Of a stretch of DNA of 64,000 nucleotides, positions 10,194-19,613 are shown piece after piece. Origin of the DNA: Candidatus Latescibacterota bacterium (lineage in GTDB: Bacteria; Latescibacterota; UBA2968; UBA8231); NCBI GenBank assembly GCA_965243025.1, contig CBDETY010000003.1, forward strand, positions 6,624,001 to 6,688,000. Reading direction: 5' to 3'. Positions within the stretch are counted from its first letter, which is position 1; each line of letters begins with the position of its first letter. The position numbers were made by a program, and so were the translations under genes. The notes under the pieces are model-generated. The model did not search any database. It was not told the origin of the DNA and saw only the letters and a list, made by a program, of their open reading frames with translations.

Positions 10194-11564
10194 ATGAAGC
10201 TGTGGATGGATGTAATGCGGGATCTCGAGAGCGTGATGAACGATCACGAGCGCATACTCGACGCCTGGGCGGGGGGGGGCGTCGACGGCGTCGTGTTCGG
10301 TCCGCTCGTGTTCGGCACTTCGAAACTGTCGAAGAACGCGCAGGCCGCCCCGGCCGGCGACACCGTGGCCGAGGCGTACGATCCGAACCCGTCCGTGTAT
10401 GCGCGGCTCGGGGTAGAGCCGCCGCCGCCGCCGGAGCACAAGCTGCCCGGGAAACGGGCCCTGCTCGAAAAGACGATGAACGCCGCCAGGGATCGGGGCA
10501 TGCAGGTTTACTGCATGTACGCCGACGGCGGCGCCGGTCCGGGCGGGCAGGGCCACCACCTGCACGACGACAGGACGCTGGCATCGCGGGTGGCGCGCAT
10601 GGTCGACACCCTGGAGCACTTCCCGATGGCGGACGGCGCCGTGATGGACGGGCCGGAGTGGGGGTACGAAATCGCCCCCCATCACATGGACCACCGCTCC
10701 TTCTTCTTTCACGACCTGCCGGAATCCGCAGCGCCGATGGCCGCGGATCTGGGGTACGACTACGAGGCTATGGTGGCGGCCAAAGACAGGCTCCTTTCCC
10801 TGTTCCACAACCTCGACCCGGTGCGCATCCGCGGACACGCCCGCGGCGGCCTGGTCGGAGCCTACCGCATGCTCGGGGCCGATCCCGACCTGATGGCCTG
10901 GATGTCGTTCCGGGCCGACTCGCTGACCCGCTATTTCCGCCGCATCCGCGAAGGCGTCGCCGCCGAGCTGGAGCGCCCGGTGCGCCTGGGATGCGGCCCG
11001 CGCTCGGCCGCCTTCGCCCCATTGTGCGGGTACGACTTTGCCGACCTGGGCCGGTTCATGGATTTCCTGATGCCGAAGCACTACTTCTTTCAGCGCGGCT
11101 TCGACGGTTTCCTCGGCACGGTCTACCGCTATTCGCAGACGCTCCTGGAGTGGAATCCGGGGATCAGCGTGGCCGACACCCTCGATGTCGTGGAAGCTCT
11201 CTTCGGCGTCGTCCTGCCGGGCGTGGGGGACGACATGCTCGATTTCGAGAGCGCCCTCAGTCCGGAGTTTTTCGAGGAGGTGGTAACGCAGGAGACGCGG
11301 CGGGCCCTGGCCTCGGTCGACGATCCGGAACGCATCGTGCCCTGGCTCGACACCGGCCGCTTTCCCCACGACGGCGACCCGATGTCGGCGCGCGACCTCA
11401 AGATGCTGCTCGACGCCGCCGAGGCCGCCGGGCTCAGGCGTTTCAACTACCACCACCAGGGCAACCTCAGCCCGGGTGAATGGGTGGTCATCAGCGACAA
11501 ATGCGGAACCCGCTGGGACCCGCGCAAGAGCGACTACGAGCCGCCGGACGAACTGGTGCTGTAG
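10194..11564 (+). CDS. Hypothetical protein, possibly GH-like TIM barrel
   Basis: Strong AAGGAGG RBS, GC3-biased codons; ARDRGMQVYC, DGAVMDGPEWG, WMSFRADSLT, GYDFADLG...DFLMPKHY. Confidence 0.65.
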   Translation: MKLWMDVMRDLESVMNDHERILDAWAGGGVDGVVFGPLVFGTSKLSKNAQAAPAGDTVAEAYDPNPSVYARLGVEPPPPPEHKLPGKRALLEKTMNAARDRGMQVYCMYADGGAGPGGQGHHLHDDRTLASRVARMVDTLEHFPMADGAVMDGPEWGYEIAPHHMDHRSFFFHDLPESAAPMAADLGYDYEAMVAAKDRLLSLFHNLDPVRIRGHARGGLVGAYRMLGADPDLMAWMSFRADSLTRYFRRIREGVAAELERPVRLGCGPRSAAFAPLCGYDFADLGRFMDFLMPKHYFFQRGFDGFLGTVYRYSQTLLEWNPGISVADTLDVVEALFGVVLPGVGDDMLDFESALSPEFFEEVVTQETRRALASVDDPERIVPWLDTGRFPHDGDPMSARDLKMLLDAAEAAGLRRFNYHHQGNLSPGEWVVISDKCGTRWDPRKSDYEPPDELVL

Positions 11565-11570
11565 GAGCCC

Positions 11571-13199
11571 CTACTGCTCCCCGGGCCCGATGACGCGGCG
11601 GGCCCGGTCGCTCAATCGCTGCGGAGTCCACCTGGGCTCGCGGACGAGGCGTACTTCGACCTCTCCGACGCCGCTCAGGCGGGCGCGGAGCCGCTCCTCG
11701 ATGCCGTCGGAAAACCAGTCGAACCAAGTCTCGCGGCCTGCGTACGGCATGACGATGTCGACGCGGATGTCACTGCCCTCGATGGCGACCTCCTGAACGA
11801 TGCCGATATCGACGAAGCTGAGCTGGCGCTGCCCCCAGGGCGACCCCTCGACGTAGAGCTCGAATTCGTTCGTTGCCCGCAGCGCGTCCATTGCATTGTC
11901 GAGGCTGACCGGCCTGGGAACCGGGTGGGCTTCCCCCTGGGTGACCGGGTTGAGAAGGCGCTCCTGGTGGCCGACGAGGTCGGCGAGGCCGCGGTGTTCT
12001 CCCCCTTCTTCGTACCGGTGCAGGACGTAGGCGTTCTTCTCGTACACGTGCTCGCCGGCGCGCATCGCCGCGTGCTGCACCGGATAGCGGACCCAGGTGC
12101 CGGTGTGCGAGAATCCGGCGTGGGCCGGCTGCGGCCAGCCGGGGTTGGTGTTTTCGAATTCGAGGTGAATGCTGCCGAATCCTTCGCCGGTTTCGCGGTT
12201 GAAATGGGTCACCCAGCGAGGGTCCTCCCGCTTCCAGCCGCGGGCGCCGAAACCGATCTCTCCATCCTGCCCCATCCAGGCTCGTTCGGGCAGCTGTTCG
12301 CCGATGACGAACTCGTCGTTGCGGCAGTCGCGGAAACGCACGTCCTCGAGAACATCGAGCTTCGATTCCATGATGACGTACGGCTGACCGGCCCAGAAGC
12401 TGTAGGTCACGGCAGCCATGACCTTGTGAGGCCGGCCGACCCGGGGGCCGATCGACAGGATCGGGTGCCCCCAGCGGCGGATGCGCACGCAGACCGGTCC
12501 CCTGATCACTTCGTAGTCGAACAGGGGCGGGCCGTCCCAGTTGGTGAGCCGGTAGCGGCCGACGCGCTCGTCGCTCCAGTCCGGCCCCCAGTGAATGGTG
12601 CCTTCGACGCCGTGGCCGTGCCGGTTTACGAGTTCTGCCGGGCCCCTTTTCGAGTAGTGATCCTTCCAGTTGCCGTTCATCTTCCCGAGGACCGCGCGGT
12701 AATGCTCGTTTTCCACCTCGAGGGCGTACCCCTCACCCGAGACCTCGAGGCCGGTGTCGTAGCAGGGGGCGGGCGCCTCCGGGTTGCCGTACAGCAGGAG
12801 GTAGGTCGCCGAACCCCCGGCCGCCGCATCGGCGAGGAAGAACAACCGGCAGCGCAGCAACCCGTCCTCGCGGTCCACGAGGTGAACCTGGCTCGGGACT
12901 ACTTCTACAGGACCGGTTTCGCCGTGGAGACGGGCGACGCGGATCTCGCGGCCGAGGTCGGTAATCTGGCCGGCGTGAATGTCCACGTCCGCTTCGACCG
13001 GTTCTCCCCGGCGCTCGTGCGCCGTGTCGTTCACCAGCACCATGCGCTTGGCGTACTTCCACCCGGGGGGCGGTGGGCCCCAGGATTGCGGCAGGGATGC
13101 GGTCGCGTCCCAGTCGCAGGCGGGAATGTAGATGGGAGAGTCCTTCATAATGGGAGAGTCCTTCATATGGGATTGGACGCTTCCGGTCCTGAAAGCCAT
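11571..13199 (-). CDS. Hypothetical protein with C-terminal DUF59 (SufT/PaaD/MIP18-like) domain
   Basis: C-terminus LSFVDIGIVQEV...IRVDIVM...GVGEVEVRLVREPRWTPQRLSDRARRVIG. Start is 13199 (TGATG overlap with the upstream gene) or alternatively 13166/13148. Confidence 0.7.
   Translation of the reverse strand: MAFRTGSVQSHMKDSPIMKDSPIYIPACDWDATASLPQSWGPPPPGWKYAKRMVLVNDTAHERRGEPVEADVDIHAGQITDLGREIRVARLHGETGPVEVVPSQVHLVDREDGLLRCRLFFLADAAAGGSATYLLLYGNPEAPAPCYDTGLEVSGEGYALEVENEHYRAVLGKMNGNWKDHYSKRGPAELVNRHGHGVEGTIHWGPDWSDERVGRYRLTNWDGPPLFDYEVIRGPVCVRIRRWGHPILSIGPRVGRPHKVMAAVTYSFWAGQPYVIMESKLDVLEDVRFRDCRNDEFVIGEQLPERAWMGQDGEIGFGARGWKREDPRWVTHFNRETGEGFGSIHLEFENTNPGWPQPAHAGFSHTGTWVRYPVQHAAMRAGEHVYEKNAYVLHRYEEGGEHRGLADLVGHQERLLNPVTQGEAHPVPRPVSLDNAMDALRATNEFELYVEGSPWGQRQLSFVDIGIVQEVAIEGSDIRVDIVMPYAGRETWFDWFSDGIEERLRARLSGVGEVEVRLVREPRWTPQRLSDRARRVIGPGEQ
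13132..13167. repeat. 18-bp perfect tandem duplication (ATGGGAGAGTCCTTCATA x2)
   Basis: Read directly at 13132-13149 and 13150-13167; encodes MKDSPI-MKDSPI on the minus strand. Confidence 0.9.
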
Positions 13200-15253
13200 C
13201 AACGCGACCGCCTGCCGCTCGCCGGTTCCCCTTCCGACAACCGCTCCGCCTTGTCGAGGGCGGCGCGGGCGCGCCCGGTCTGCCCGCGCCGGGAGTAGAG
13301 CGCCGCCAGGTTCCGGTGCGCCACAGCCGACGTGGAATCGTGGCGGATCGACTGCAGGAGGGCGGCCTCGGCAGCTTCCGGATCGCCGCGCAGGAGGTAG
13401 AGCACACCGAGGTTGCGCAACGCCGGGGCGAAGGTGGAATCCAGCTCCACCGCCTGTTCGAGGGCCCGGACCTGGGACCCTGCATCCCCGAGCTTCCCCC
13501 TGGCGTTCGAGAGCCCGTAGTAGGCGTTGGGGTCCCGCCGGTGCTCGAGGGCGCGTTCGAAAGCCCGGGCGGCCTCGCCGAACTGCTCCTCCTGCATATA
13601 AGCGTCGCCGAGGGCGAGGTTCCCCTGGTACCGGGGTATCGGCCGCAGGTCGATTGCCAGCCCCTGTTTGAGCGCGGCGATCGCTTCCCGGCGCCGGCCG
13701 AGCCGGAGGTACAGGGCCCCGAGGTTGAATCGCGGCTGCGCGTAATCCTCCGCGAGGGCGATGGCCCTTTCGAAGGCGTCCTCCGCGTCGCCGTGACGGC
13801 CCTGGGCTGCGCAGGCGGTTCCCAGGCCGTTCCAGAGGTCGGGGTCGTCGGGATTCTCCGCCAGCCCGTTTGCGTAGGCTGTTTCCGCGGCGGCCGGATC
13901 CCCGCTCCTGAAATGAACCATCCCCATGAGAAAGGCGGGCCGGACGTGGTCCACCTGCCTGGCGTCGACGCCGGTGTGAACGAGGGCGGCGGCGGCGGCG
14001 AGCACGGCGGCCAAGCCCGCGGTCCGGCGCCAGTCCCCGGCGCGCAGAAAGGCCGCGAGAAGCGAGAATCCGTGGGCGGCGAGGATGATGAGGAACGGGG
14101 CGGCGGGGACGCGGTAGCGGGCGCTGACAGTGAACAGCATCCCGGTGGCGAGGGATACCAGCACGAAGGTCCACAACAGGAGGTAACGGTCATCGCGGCG
14201 CCCCCCCGGAAACAGGCCGGCGACAGCCAGGGGGGCGACGACGCCGAAGTTGACGAGGAGTATCCGGTACAGGATCGAATGTTCCCGGTAATACGACAGG
14301 TCGCTGCTCACCGGTATCTCGAAGGCGTTCCAGAAGAGCCGGAACTTGCGATAGAGCAGATGCAGGTACTGGGAGGGGTTTTCCGCGGCGAAACCGACCC
14401 CGGAGCGCAGGTAGTAGAAGCCCCGTGAAACCGGTTCGACGAATCCGGCCCGCAGCGGCAGCAGCTCGTGGCGCTGCCACTGCAGCCCCTGGCGGACGTA
14501 CGGCGTGCCGTCCGCTTCGGGGTTGGCCCCCATGTAGAAACTCCACGCCCCCTGGAACGGCAGCGGCCCCCCCTGCACGATGTGGTTGCGCAGCGCCAGC
14601 GGTGAAAGGGTCAGCACGAGGGCAATCGCGAAGGAGGGCCACAGGCGCCGCCGGCCGCCGTCGTGAGCCGCGCGGGGGCGGCGGCAGATCCACCAGAAGA
14701 CCACGGGGATTGCCAGCAGGGCGTTGGCGCGGGTCGCGACGAGCAGGCCCAGGAGAACTCCCGCTGCCGCGCCAGTACCGTGGCCGGGGCGCCCGTCGAA
14801 GCGGAGCAGCGTGTCTACCAGCAGCAGCTGTATGAAAATGAAGAGGGTGGTCGCGAACAGTTCGCCGCCGAAGAACAGGAAAGGCCAGTAGGCCGCCGCG
14901 GCCGTACCGGCGATCGCGGCCGCGCCGCGGTCGAAGACATTGCGGGCGATGCGGTAGACGAGGACGCACGAAAGCGCCCCCAGGAACGCCTGCCACAGCC
15001 GGAAGTCGGCCGCTCCGAAGCCGGGGATCTTGAGGGCGGCCAGGAACGCGGGATACCCCAGGCCGTGGACGTAGGTCTGCTTTTCGTCGAGCCGCCAGTT
15101 CCCGCGCCTCAGTTCCCCGGCGAGGTGGTCGTATTCCTCGGCGTCGAGGATGAGGGTGTCGAAGTAGGGTGACCCGGAGACGTCGGCGAGGTAACCCAGA
15201 CGCAGCAGAAGGGCGAGCAGGAAGATCGCGAGGACCGGGGTCCGGTTTGCCAT
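13199..15253 (-). CDS. GT-C (ArnT/PMT-like) integral-membrane glycosyltransferase with C-terminal TPR repeats
   Basis: ALLLRLGY...ILDAEEY, GYPAFLA, many TM segments, TRAN, SFYMGANP, ARYRVP; TPRs (WNGLG, FNLGALY, LRNLGVLY, AHRNLAALY). Confidence 0.85.
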   Translation of the reverse strand: MANRTPVLAIFLLALLLRLGYLADVSGSPYFDTLILDAEEYDHLAGELRRGNWRLDEKQTYVHGLGYPAFLAALKIPGFGAADFRLWQAFLGALSCVLVYRIARNVFDRGAAAIAGTAAAAYWPFLFFGGELFATTLFIFIQLLLVDTLLRFDGRPGHGTGAAAGVLLGLLVATRANALLAIPVVFWWICRRPRAAHDGGRRRLWPSFAIALVLTLSPLALRNHIVQGGPLPFQGAWSFYMGANPEADGTPYVRQGLQWQRHELLPLRAGFVEPVSRGFYYLRSGVGFAAENPSQYLHLLYRKFRLFWNAFEIPVSSDLSYYREHSILYRILLVNFGVVAPLAVAGLFPGGRRDDRYLLLWTFVLVSLATGMLFTVSARYRVPAAPFLIILAAHGFSLLAAFLRAGDWRRTAGLAAVLAAAAALVHTGVDARQVDHVRPAFLMGMVHFRSGDPAAAETAYANGLAENPDDPDLWNGLGTACAAQGRHGDAEDAFERAIALAEDYAQPRFNLGALYLRLGRRREAIAALKQGLAIDLRPIPRYQGNLALGDAYMQEEQFGEAARAFERALEHRRDPNAYYGLSNARGKLGDAGSQVRALEQAVELDSTFAPALRNLGVLYLLRGDPEAAEAALLQSIRHDSTSAVAHRNLAALYSRRGQTGRARAALDKAERLSEGEPASGRRSR

Positions 15254-15345
15254 GTGAAATCGGTTCTGTATCCTTAACAACCCGCCACAGCCAGCCCCTG
15301 CCGCAACGGTTTCACAACCGGGAAAACAGAGGAAACAAAGGAAGG

Positions 15346-17106
15346 ATGATCAGCATTCGCAGCAAAGACGGATGTACCGCGACCCTGGCAGGCGGCCGCG
15401 GCCCGGGGTCCTCCCGGCCGCGTCCTGCCTGGTTGGTCCTTGTCCTGGCGGCCTGCTCGGCGCCGCCGGACGAAAAGGCGCCGGTGCCTGTTCCGTCGGG
15501 AGATGAGGCGCCGGCAGCTGTCGAGACTGCTCCCGACCGGGATGCGGTAGTTGCCAGGGTCGGGGATATGGAGATCACCGCGGCCGACCTGCGGGAATTC
15601 AGCGGCAGAATGCCCGAGCAGCTGCGAGGGGAAACGGCCGGAATCGAAAGGGCGAAAAACCACCTGCGGACGATGACGGACAGGGAGATTCTGCGGCTCG
15701 AGGCGCAGGCGCGAGGTCTCGATCAGAGCCGCGGTTTCCTCAAGAAGCTGAGCAAGGCCAGAAGGGAAAGGATCGTCGGCCTTTTTCAGGCGCGTGAAAT
15801 CGAAATCGAGACGAACCCGGAGGAGTTCGAGGAGTTCGTCGCCAGGGAGGAGCACGACCGGGCGATCCGGTTCAGCGAGATCATTGTCGAATCGAAGGCG
15901 GCGGCGGAGCGCGCCCGCGCCGAAATCGACGGCGGCAGGAGTTTCGAAGAGGTCGCCCGGGAAATGTCGCTGAGCAGGGCCACCGCGGAGCACGGGGGAG
16001 ACAGGGGGCGTGCTTCCGTCAAGGTGGAGATCGATCCGGTCTTCCGCGACGCCCTGTTTTCTCTCGAGGTGGGCGAAGTCTCCCGGCCGATCAGATTCCC
16101 CGGGAGACTTTGGGCGGTCGTCGAGGTTACGGACGAGACCAGTGTGAAGCTGGGGCCGATGGCGTTGCAGGAAGTGGTGAAGGAATTCCAGAGTCTCAAG
16201 TTCCGGGAGGCGCGCGACAAGCTGGCGGAGGAGCTGGCGCGGGAGTACCGGCTCGAGCTGAATCGCGGCGGGGTCGACCGCTTCCTTTCCCGGGCGCGCA
16301 TCGACAAGCCCTTCTCCCCGGAGGAGGAGGACTCGATCGTCCTCTACACCTTCACCGGCGGAAGCATCACTGCGGGGGATCTGATCGAAGCCCTGAAGGT
16401 CCGGCGCCAACGGCCGGATTCCATGGAGAAGGCTGACGACGTCATCGACGCGGCCACCCGCTTTCTGGTGCCGGACGCGGTGTTCATGGAGGCCGCGGTG
16501 CGCTCCGGGATACACGAGGAACCCGCGGTAGTCGCCTGGCTCGAAAGGCAGCGCCGGTGGCTGCTGATCGTCGAACTGCGCGCCTCCGTTCTCGAGGGAA
16601 GGCTGGAGGTCTCCAGGGACGAAGCGCGCCGGTATTTCGAGGACCACGCCGCCGTGTTCGCCGATCCCGAGCTGATCGTCATGGACGAGATCCTCGTCGC
16701 CACCGAAGAGGAGGCGCTCGGCCTGAGAAAGCAGATCGAAAAAGGGGCGGCGTTCGCCGAGCTGGCGGCGCGCTCGGAGCGGGCTCTCGATCACCGGGAC
16801 GAAAACGGCAGGGTCGAGCTGTATGCATTCGAGAAAGCGGCCTGGGGCGGCCTCGAAGCGGCGGCCAGGACCGCTCCCATCGGTGAGTTGATGGGTCCGC
16901 TGGAGGTGGCTGAGGGGTACTCCGTCTTCCGGGTTCTGTCCAGGGACCGCCGGCAGGTCACCTTCGAGGAGGTCGAGCGCCGCGTCGTCGCCACCGTCAG
17001 GTGGCTGCGGAAGCAGCGGCTGTTCGAAAGCGAAGTGGAAAGAATTCGGGAGAAGTACGCCTCCGAGGTGGAGATCCGCGAGGATGCCCTGGCGTCGGCC
17101 CTGTAG
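15346..17106 (+). CDS. Parvulin/PpiC-fold foldase lipoprotein (PrsA/SurA-like), two PPIase-like domains
   Basis: Lipobox LVLAAC; VVARVGDMEITAADL; SFEEVAREMS...GGDRG, LFSLEVGEVSRPI; second domain EILVATEEEA...FAELA, GELMGPLEVAEGYSVFRV. Confidence 0.85.
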   Translation: MISIRSKDGCTATLAGGRGPGSSRPRPAWLVLVLAACSAPPDEKAPVPVPSGDEAPAAVETAPDRDAVVARVGDMEITAADLREFSGRMPEQLRGETAGIERAKNHLRTMTDREILRLEAQARGLDQSRGFLKKLSKARRERIVGLFQAREIEIETNPEEFEEFVAREEHDRAIRFSEIIVESKAAAERARAEIDGGRSFEEVAREMSLSRATAEHGGDRGRASVKVEIDPVFRDALFSLEVGEVSRPIRFPGRLWAVVEVTDETSVKLGPMALQEVVKEFQSLKFREARDKLAEELAREYRLELNRGGVDRFLSRARIDKPFSPEEEDSIVLYTFTGGSITAGDLIEALKVRRQRPDSMEKADDVIDAATRFLVPDAVFMEAAVRSGIHEEPAVVAWLERQRRWLLIVELRASVLEGRLEVSRDEARRYFEDHAAVFADPELIVMDEILVATEEEALGLRKQIEKGAAFAELAARSERALDHRDENGRVELYAFEKAAWGGLEAAARTAPIGELMGPLEVAEGYSVFRVLSRDRRQVTFEEVERRVVATVRWLRKQRLFESEVERIREKYASEVEIREDALASAL

Positions 17107-17130
17107 CGGGGTGCCGCCCGGACACCTCGC

Positions 17131-19314
17131 ATGCAAGCGCGCAACCGGCAGAGGGTGAGCACGCGGGCATCCGGATCTTCCCGGCTCGCCGCCAGATACT
17201 GGTTCTGGCTGCTCGGGGGGACGGTGCTCCTCTCGCTGTGGCTGCGCTGGCCGCTCCCGGCCCCGGAATGGTCCCACTTCGACGAGGAATCCCTGGTCCT
17301 GATACCGCTGGGGTTCTGGAGCGGCGATCTCAACCCCCACTTCTTCAACTATCCCACGCTCCAGTTCTACCTGGCATCCCTCCTTTATTTCGTAAGGTTC
17401 GCCCTGGCCGACAGCGGCCCCCTGGAACAGTTCGTCGCCTACCGGTACTTCGTCGACGGCAGCGATCTGTTGTCCCTTGCCCGGGGCTTCGGCACCGTGA
17501 TGGCGGCGGCGACAGTGGCGGTCACGGGCTTTCTCGGGCGTCTCCTCTACGGCGCTGCCGGGGGGCTCCTGGCCGCCCTGTTCCTGGCGCTGATGCCCCT
17601 GTCGGTGCGCTTCGCCCATCTCGCCAACACCGACACCCCGGCGGTGCTGTGGGTCAGTCTCGCCCTGGTGTTCGCGGTGCGCATGCGCCAACGAGGGACC
17701 AGCGTCGACGCGCTCGCCGCCGGGCTCTTCGTCGGGCTGGCAGGGGCGACCAAGTACCCCGCGGCCCTGGCGGCGGTGCCGGTTGCGGCCGCGGCCTTGC
17801 TCAGGACCCCTTCCCTGAGGCAACCCGGCATCTGGTGCGCCGGCGCCGCGGCAGTTCTGGCCTTCTGTGCGGCGTCGCCGTACGTATGGCTCGACGCGGC
17901 GGCTTTCTGGAGCGATTTCTCCGAGATGGGACGCGATCATCTGATCCCGGATGCAGCAGCGGAACGGCCCCTTTTCTTTCACCTGCGCTACACCCTGCGT
18001 TTCGGACTCGGCCTGGGGGGTGCGGCACTCCTGTTTCTGGCACTGGCGCGCAAGCCGGGGGGCCTGAGCCGGGACGAAGTCGTGCTGCTTTCGGGGCTGG
18101 GTGCCTTCGCGATTCTGCTGGCGGCAGCCGGGTCGGTTTTCATGCGCTACGCGCTGCCCCTCACCCCGGTCGTGTCGGTGCTGATGGTGCGCCCCCTGCT
18201 TGGGTTGCGCCGCAGCCCGGCGCTTCTGGCCGGGGCCCTGGCCGTACTGCTGGCGGAGCCGGCCTGGACCTCGCTGCGCACCCGGGCCCTGCTGTCCGGC
18301 AGCGATACCCGCGAGCAGGCCGTCTCCTGGATGGGAAACCACTTCCCCGACCGCAGGCGGCTGGTGCACCTCCCCGACAAATGCGGGAACATCCAGGTGC
18401 TGACGCCGCACCGGGTCCTCGTCAGGCAGACGCATTTCCTTCGCAGTTTTGGCGAGGACAGGTTGATTGCGGCGTACGACTGGCTGCGCCAGCGCCATCG
18501 TCTGCCGCGGCTATATCTCGAACCGGGTCCGGCTTCTGTTCTCGACAGGGCGAGGCAGGAACCCGCGGCGGGTCCGGGGGTGATCCTGTTGGACTATCTA
18601 CACCCCCTCTGCGCCGATGCCGAGGTGTCGCCAAAGGCCGCAGAACTCGTCCCTTCAGCTTCCTGGCGGCAGACATTTTCTCCGGGAAAAAGGGTGGCTG
18701 CGGCCGATTTCGATCCCATGGACTGGTTTTTCCTTCCGCTTTCGGGGTTCGCCGGACTGGAGCAAACCGGGCCCACGATCCGGCTGGGAACACTGGGGTC
18801 CGACACGGAGGTGCCCGAACCCGGAGCCGCTACCCTGTTCGATGTGCTCCTCAACGCGCGGATCGGGCATCTGGCGATGCGGGACTCCGACTGGGACCAG
18901 GCAGTGCAGGCATTCGAGCGGGCCCTGAGGGTACCGCAATTGTCCGATTTGCTTCCCGATGCCTATGCCTGCCGCCTGTTGGGAAACGCGGGAGTCGCCC
19001 ATGGACAACTGGGCGCCCACGATCGCGCCCGTCCCTTGTTGAGGGCGGCGGTGGACCTGGTTCCCGACGATCCGGAATACTACAACGACCTGGCGGTCGC
19101 CTGCGCCGGCAGCGGCCGGATCGGGGAAGCGATCGAGGTTTGGGAGCGGCTTCTCGTCCTCGCCCCCGACCACCCCACCGCCTGCTTCAACCTCGCAAAA
19201 GCGCTCTACAACACCGGTCAGTACCACCGCGCATACGAGGTTGCCCTGAAGGGTCTCGGGCCGGATCACCCCTTTGCCGCCTCGGTGCGGCGTTTCCTCG
19301 GAAGGGATGAATGA
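17131..19314 (+). CDS. GT-C (ArnT/PMT_2-like) glycosyltransferase with C-terminal TPR repeats
   Basis: HFDE, DLNPHFFNYPTL, AHLANTDTP, GLAGATKY, FMRYALPL, DTREQA..W; TPRs at the end (YYNDLAVA, CFNLAKALY). Confidence 0.85.
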   Translation: MQARNRQRVSTRASGSSRLAARYWFWLLGGTVLLSLWLRWPLPAPEWSHFDEESLVLIPLGFWSGDLNPHFFNYPTLQFYLASLLYFVRFALADSGPLEQFVAYRYFVDGSDLLSLARGFGTVMAAATVAVTGFLGRLLYGAAGGLLAALFLALMPLSVRFAHLANTDTPAVLWVSLALVFAVRMRQRGTSVDALAAGLFVGLAGATKYPAALAAVPVAAAALLRTPSLRQPGIWCAGAAAVLAFCAASPYVWLDAAAFWSDFSEMGRDHLIPDAAAERPLFFHLRYTLRFGLGLGGAALLFLALARKPGGLSRDEVVLLSGLGAFAILLAAAGSVFMRYALPLTPVVSVLMVRPLLGLRRSPALLAGALAVLLAEPAWTSLRTRALLSGSDTREQAVSWMGNHFPDRRRLVHLPDKCGNIQVLTPHRVLVRQTHFLRSFGEDRLIAAYDWLRQRHRLPRLYLEPGPASVLDRARQEPAAGPGVILLDYLHPLCADAEVSPKAAELVPSASWRQTFSPGKRVAAADFDPMDWFFLPLSGFAGLEQTGPTIRLGTLGSDTEVPEPGAATLFDVLLNARIGHLAMRDSDWDQAVQAFERALRVPQLSDLLPDAYACRLLGNAGVAHGQLGAHDRARPLLRAAVDLVPDDPEYYNDLAVACAGSGRIGEAIEVWERLLVLAPDHPTACFNLAKALYNTGQYHRAYEVALKGLGPDHPFAASVRRFLGRDE

Positions 19315-19613
19315 AGGGGCCGTCGCCGGGAACCGGGAGTTGTTGTTTGGAGCAAATGTTCACCGATGTCCAATTGTTCCCCTTCGGCTGTTTTACTCTT
19401 GCCTTGCGGCACCGGCTGTGATTACATTGAATGAATCCGCTGTCCGAAAACAGTCCGTGGGACCACTGAATTTCAATGGGCTGAGGCAGCTTACTGACAT
19501 TCCCCCACAAGCGATCCAGTGACGGTTGCCTGTCAACCGGCTTCCATGCAACGACACAGAGTGTGGCGATTGCATTTCTTCAACCCCTTCAGTTCGTGAG
19601 GAGAGTCAAAGCA

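Noticed and set aside
13200-14174. 867-aa call for the DUF59 fusion ORF
   Set aside because: The first ~325 codons overlap the TPR region of the GT-C gene in another frame.
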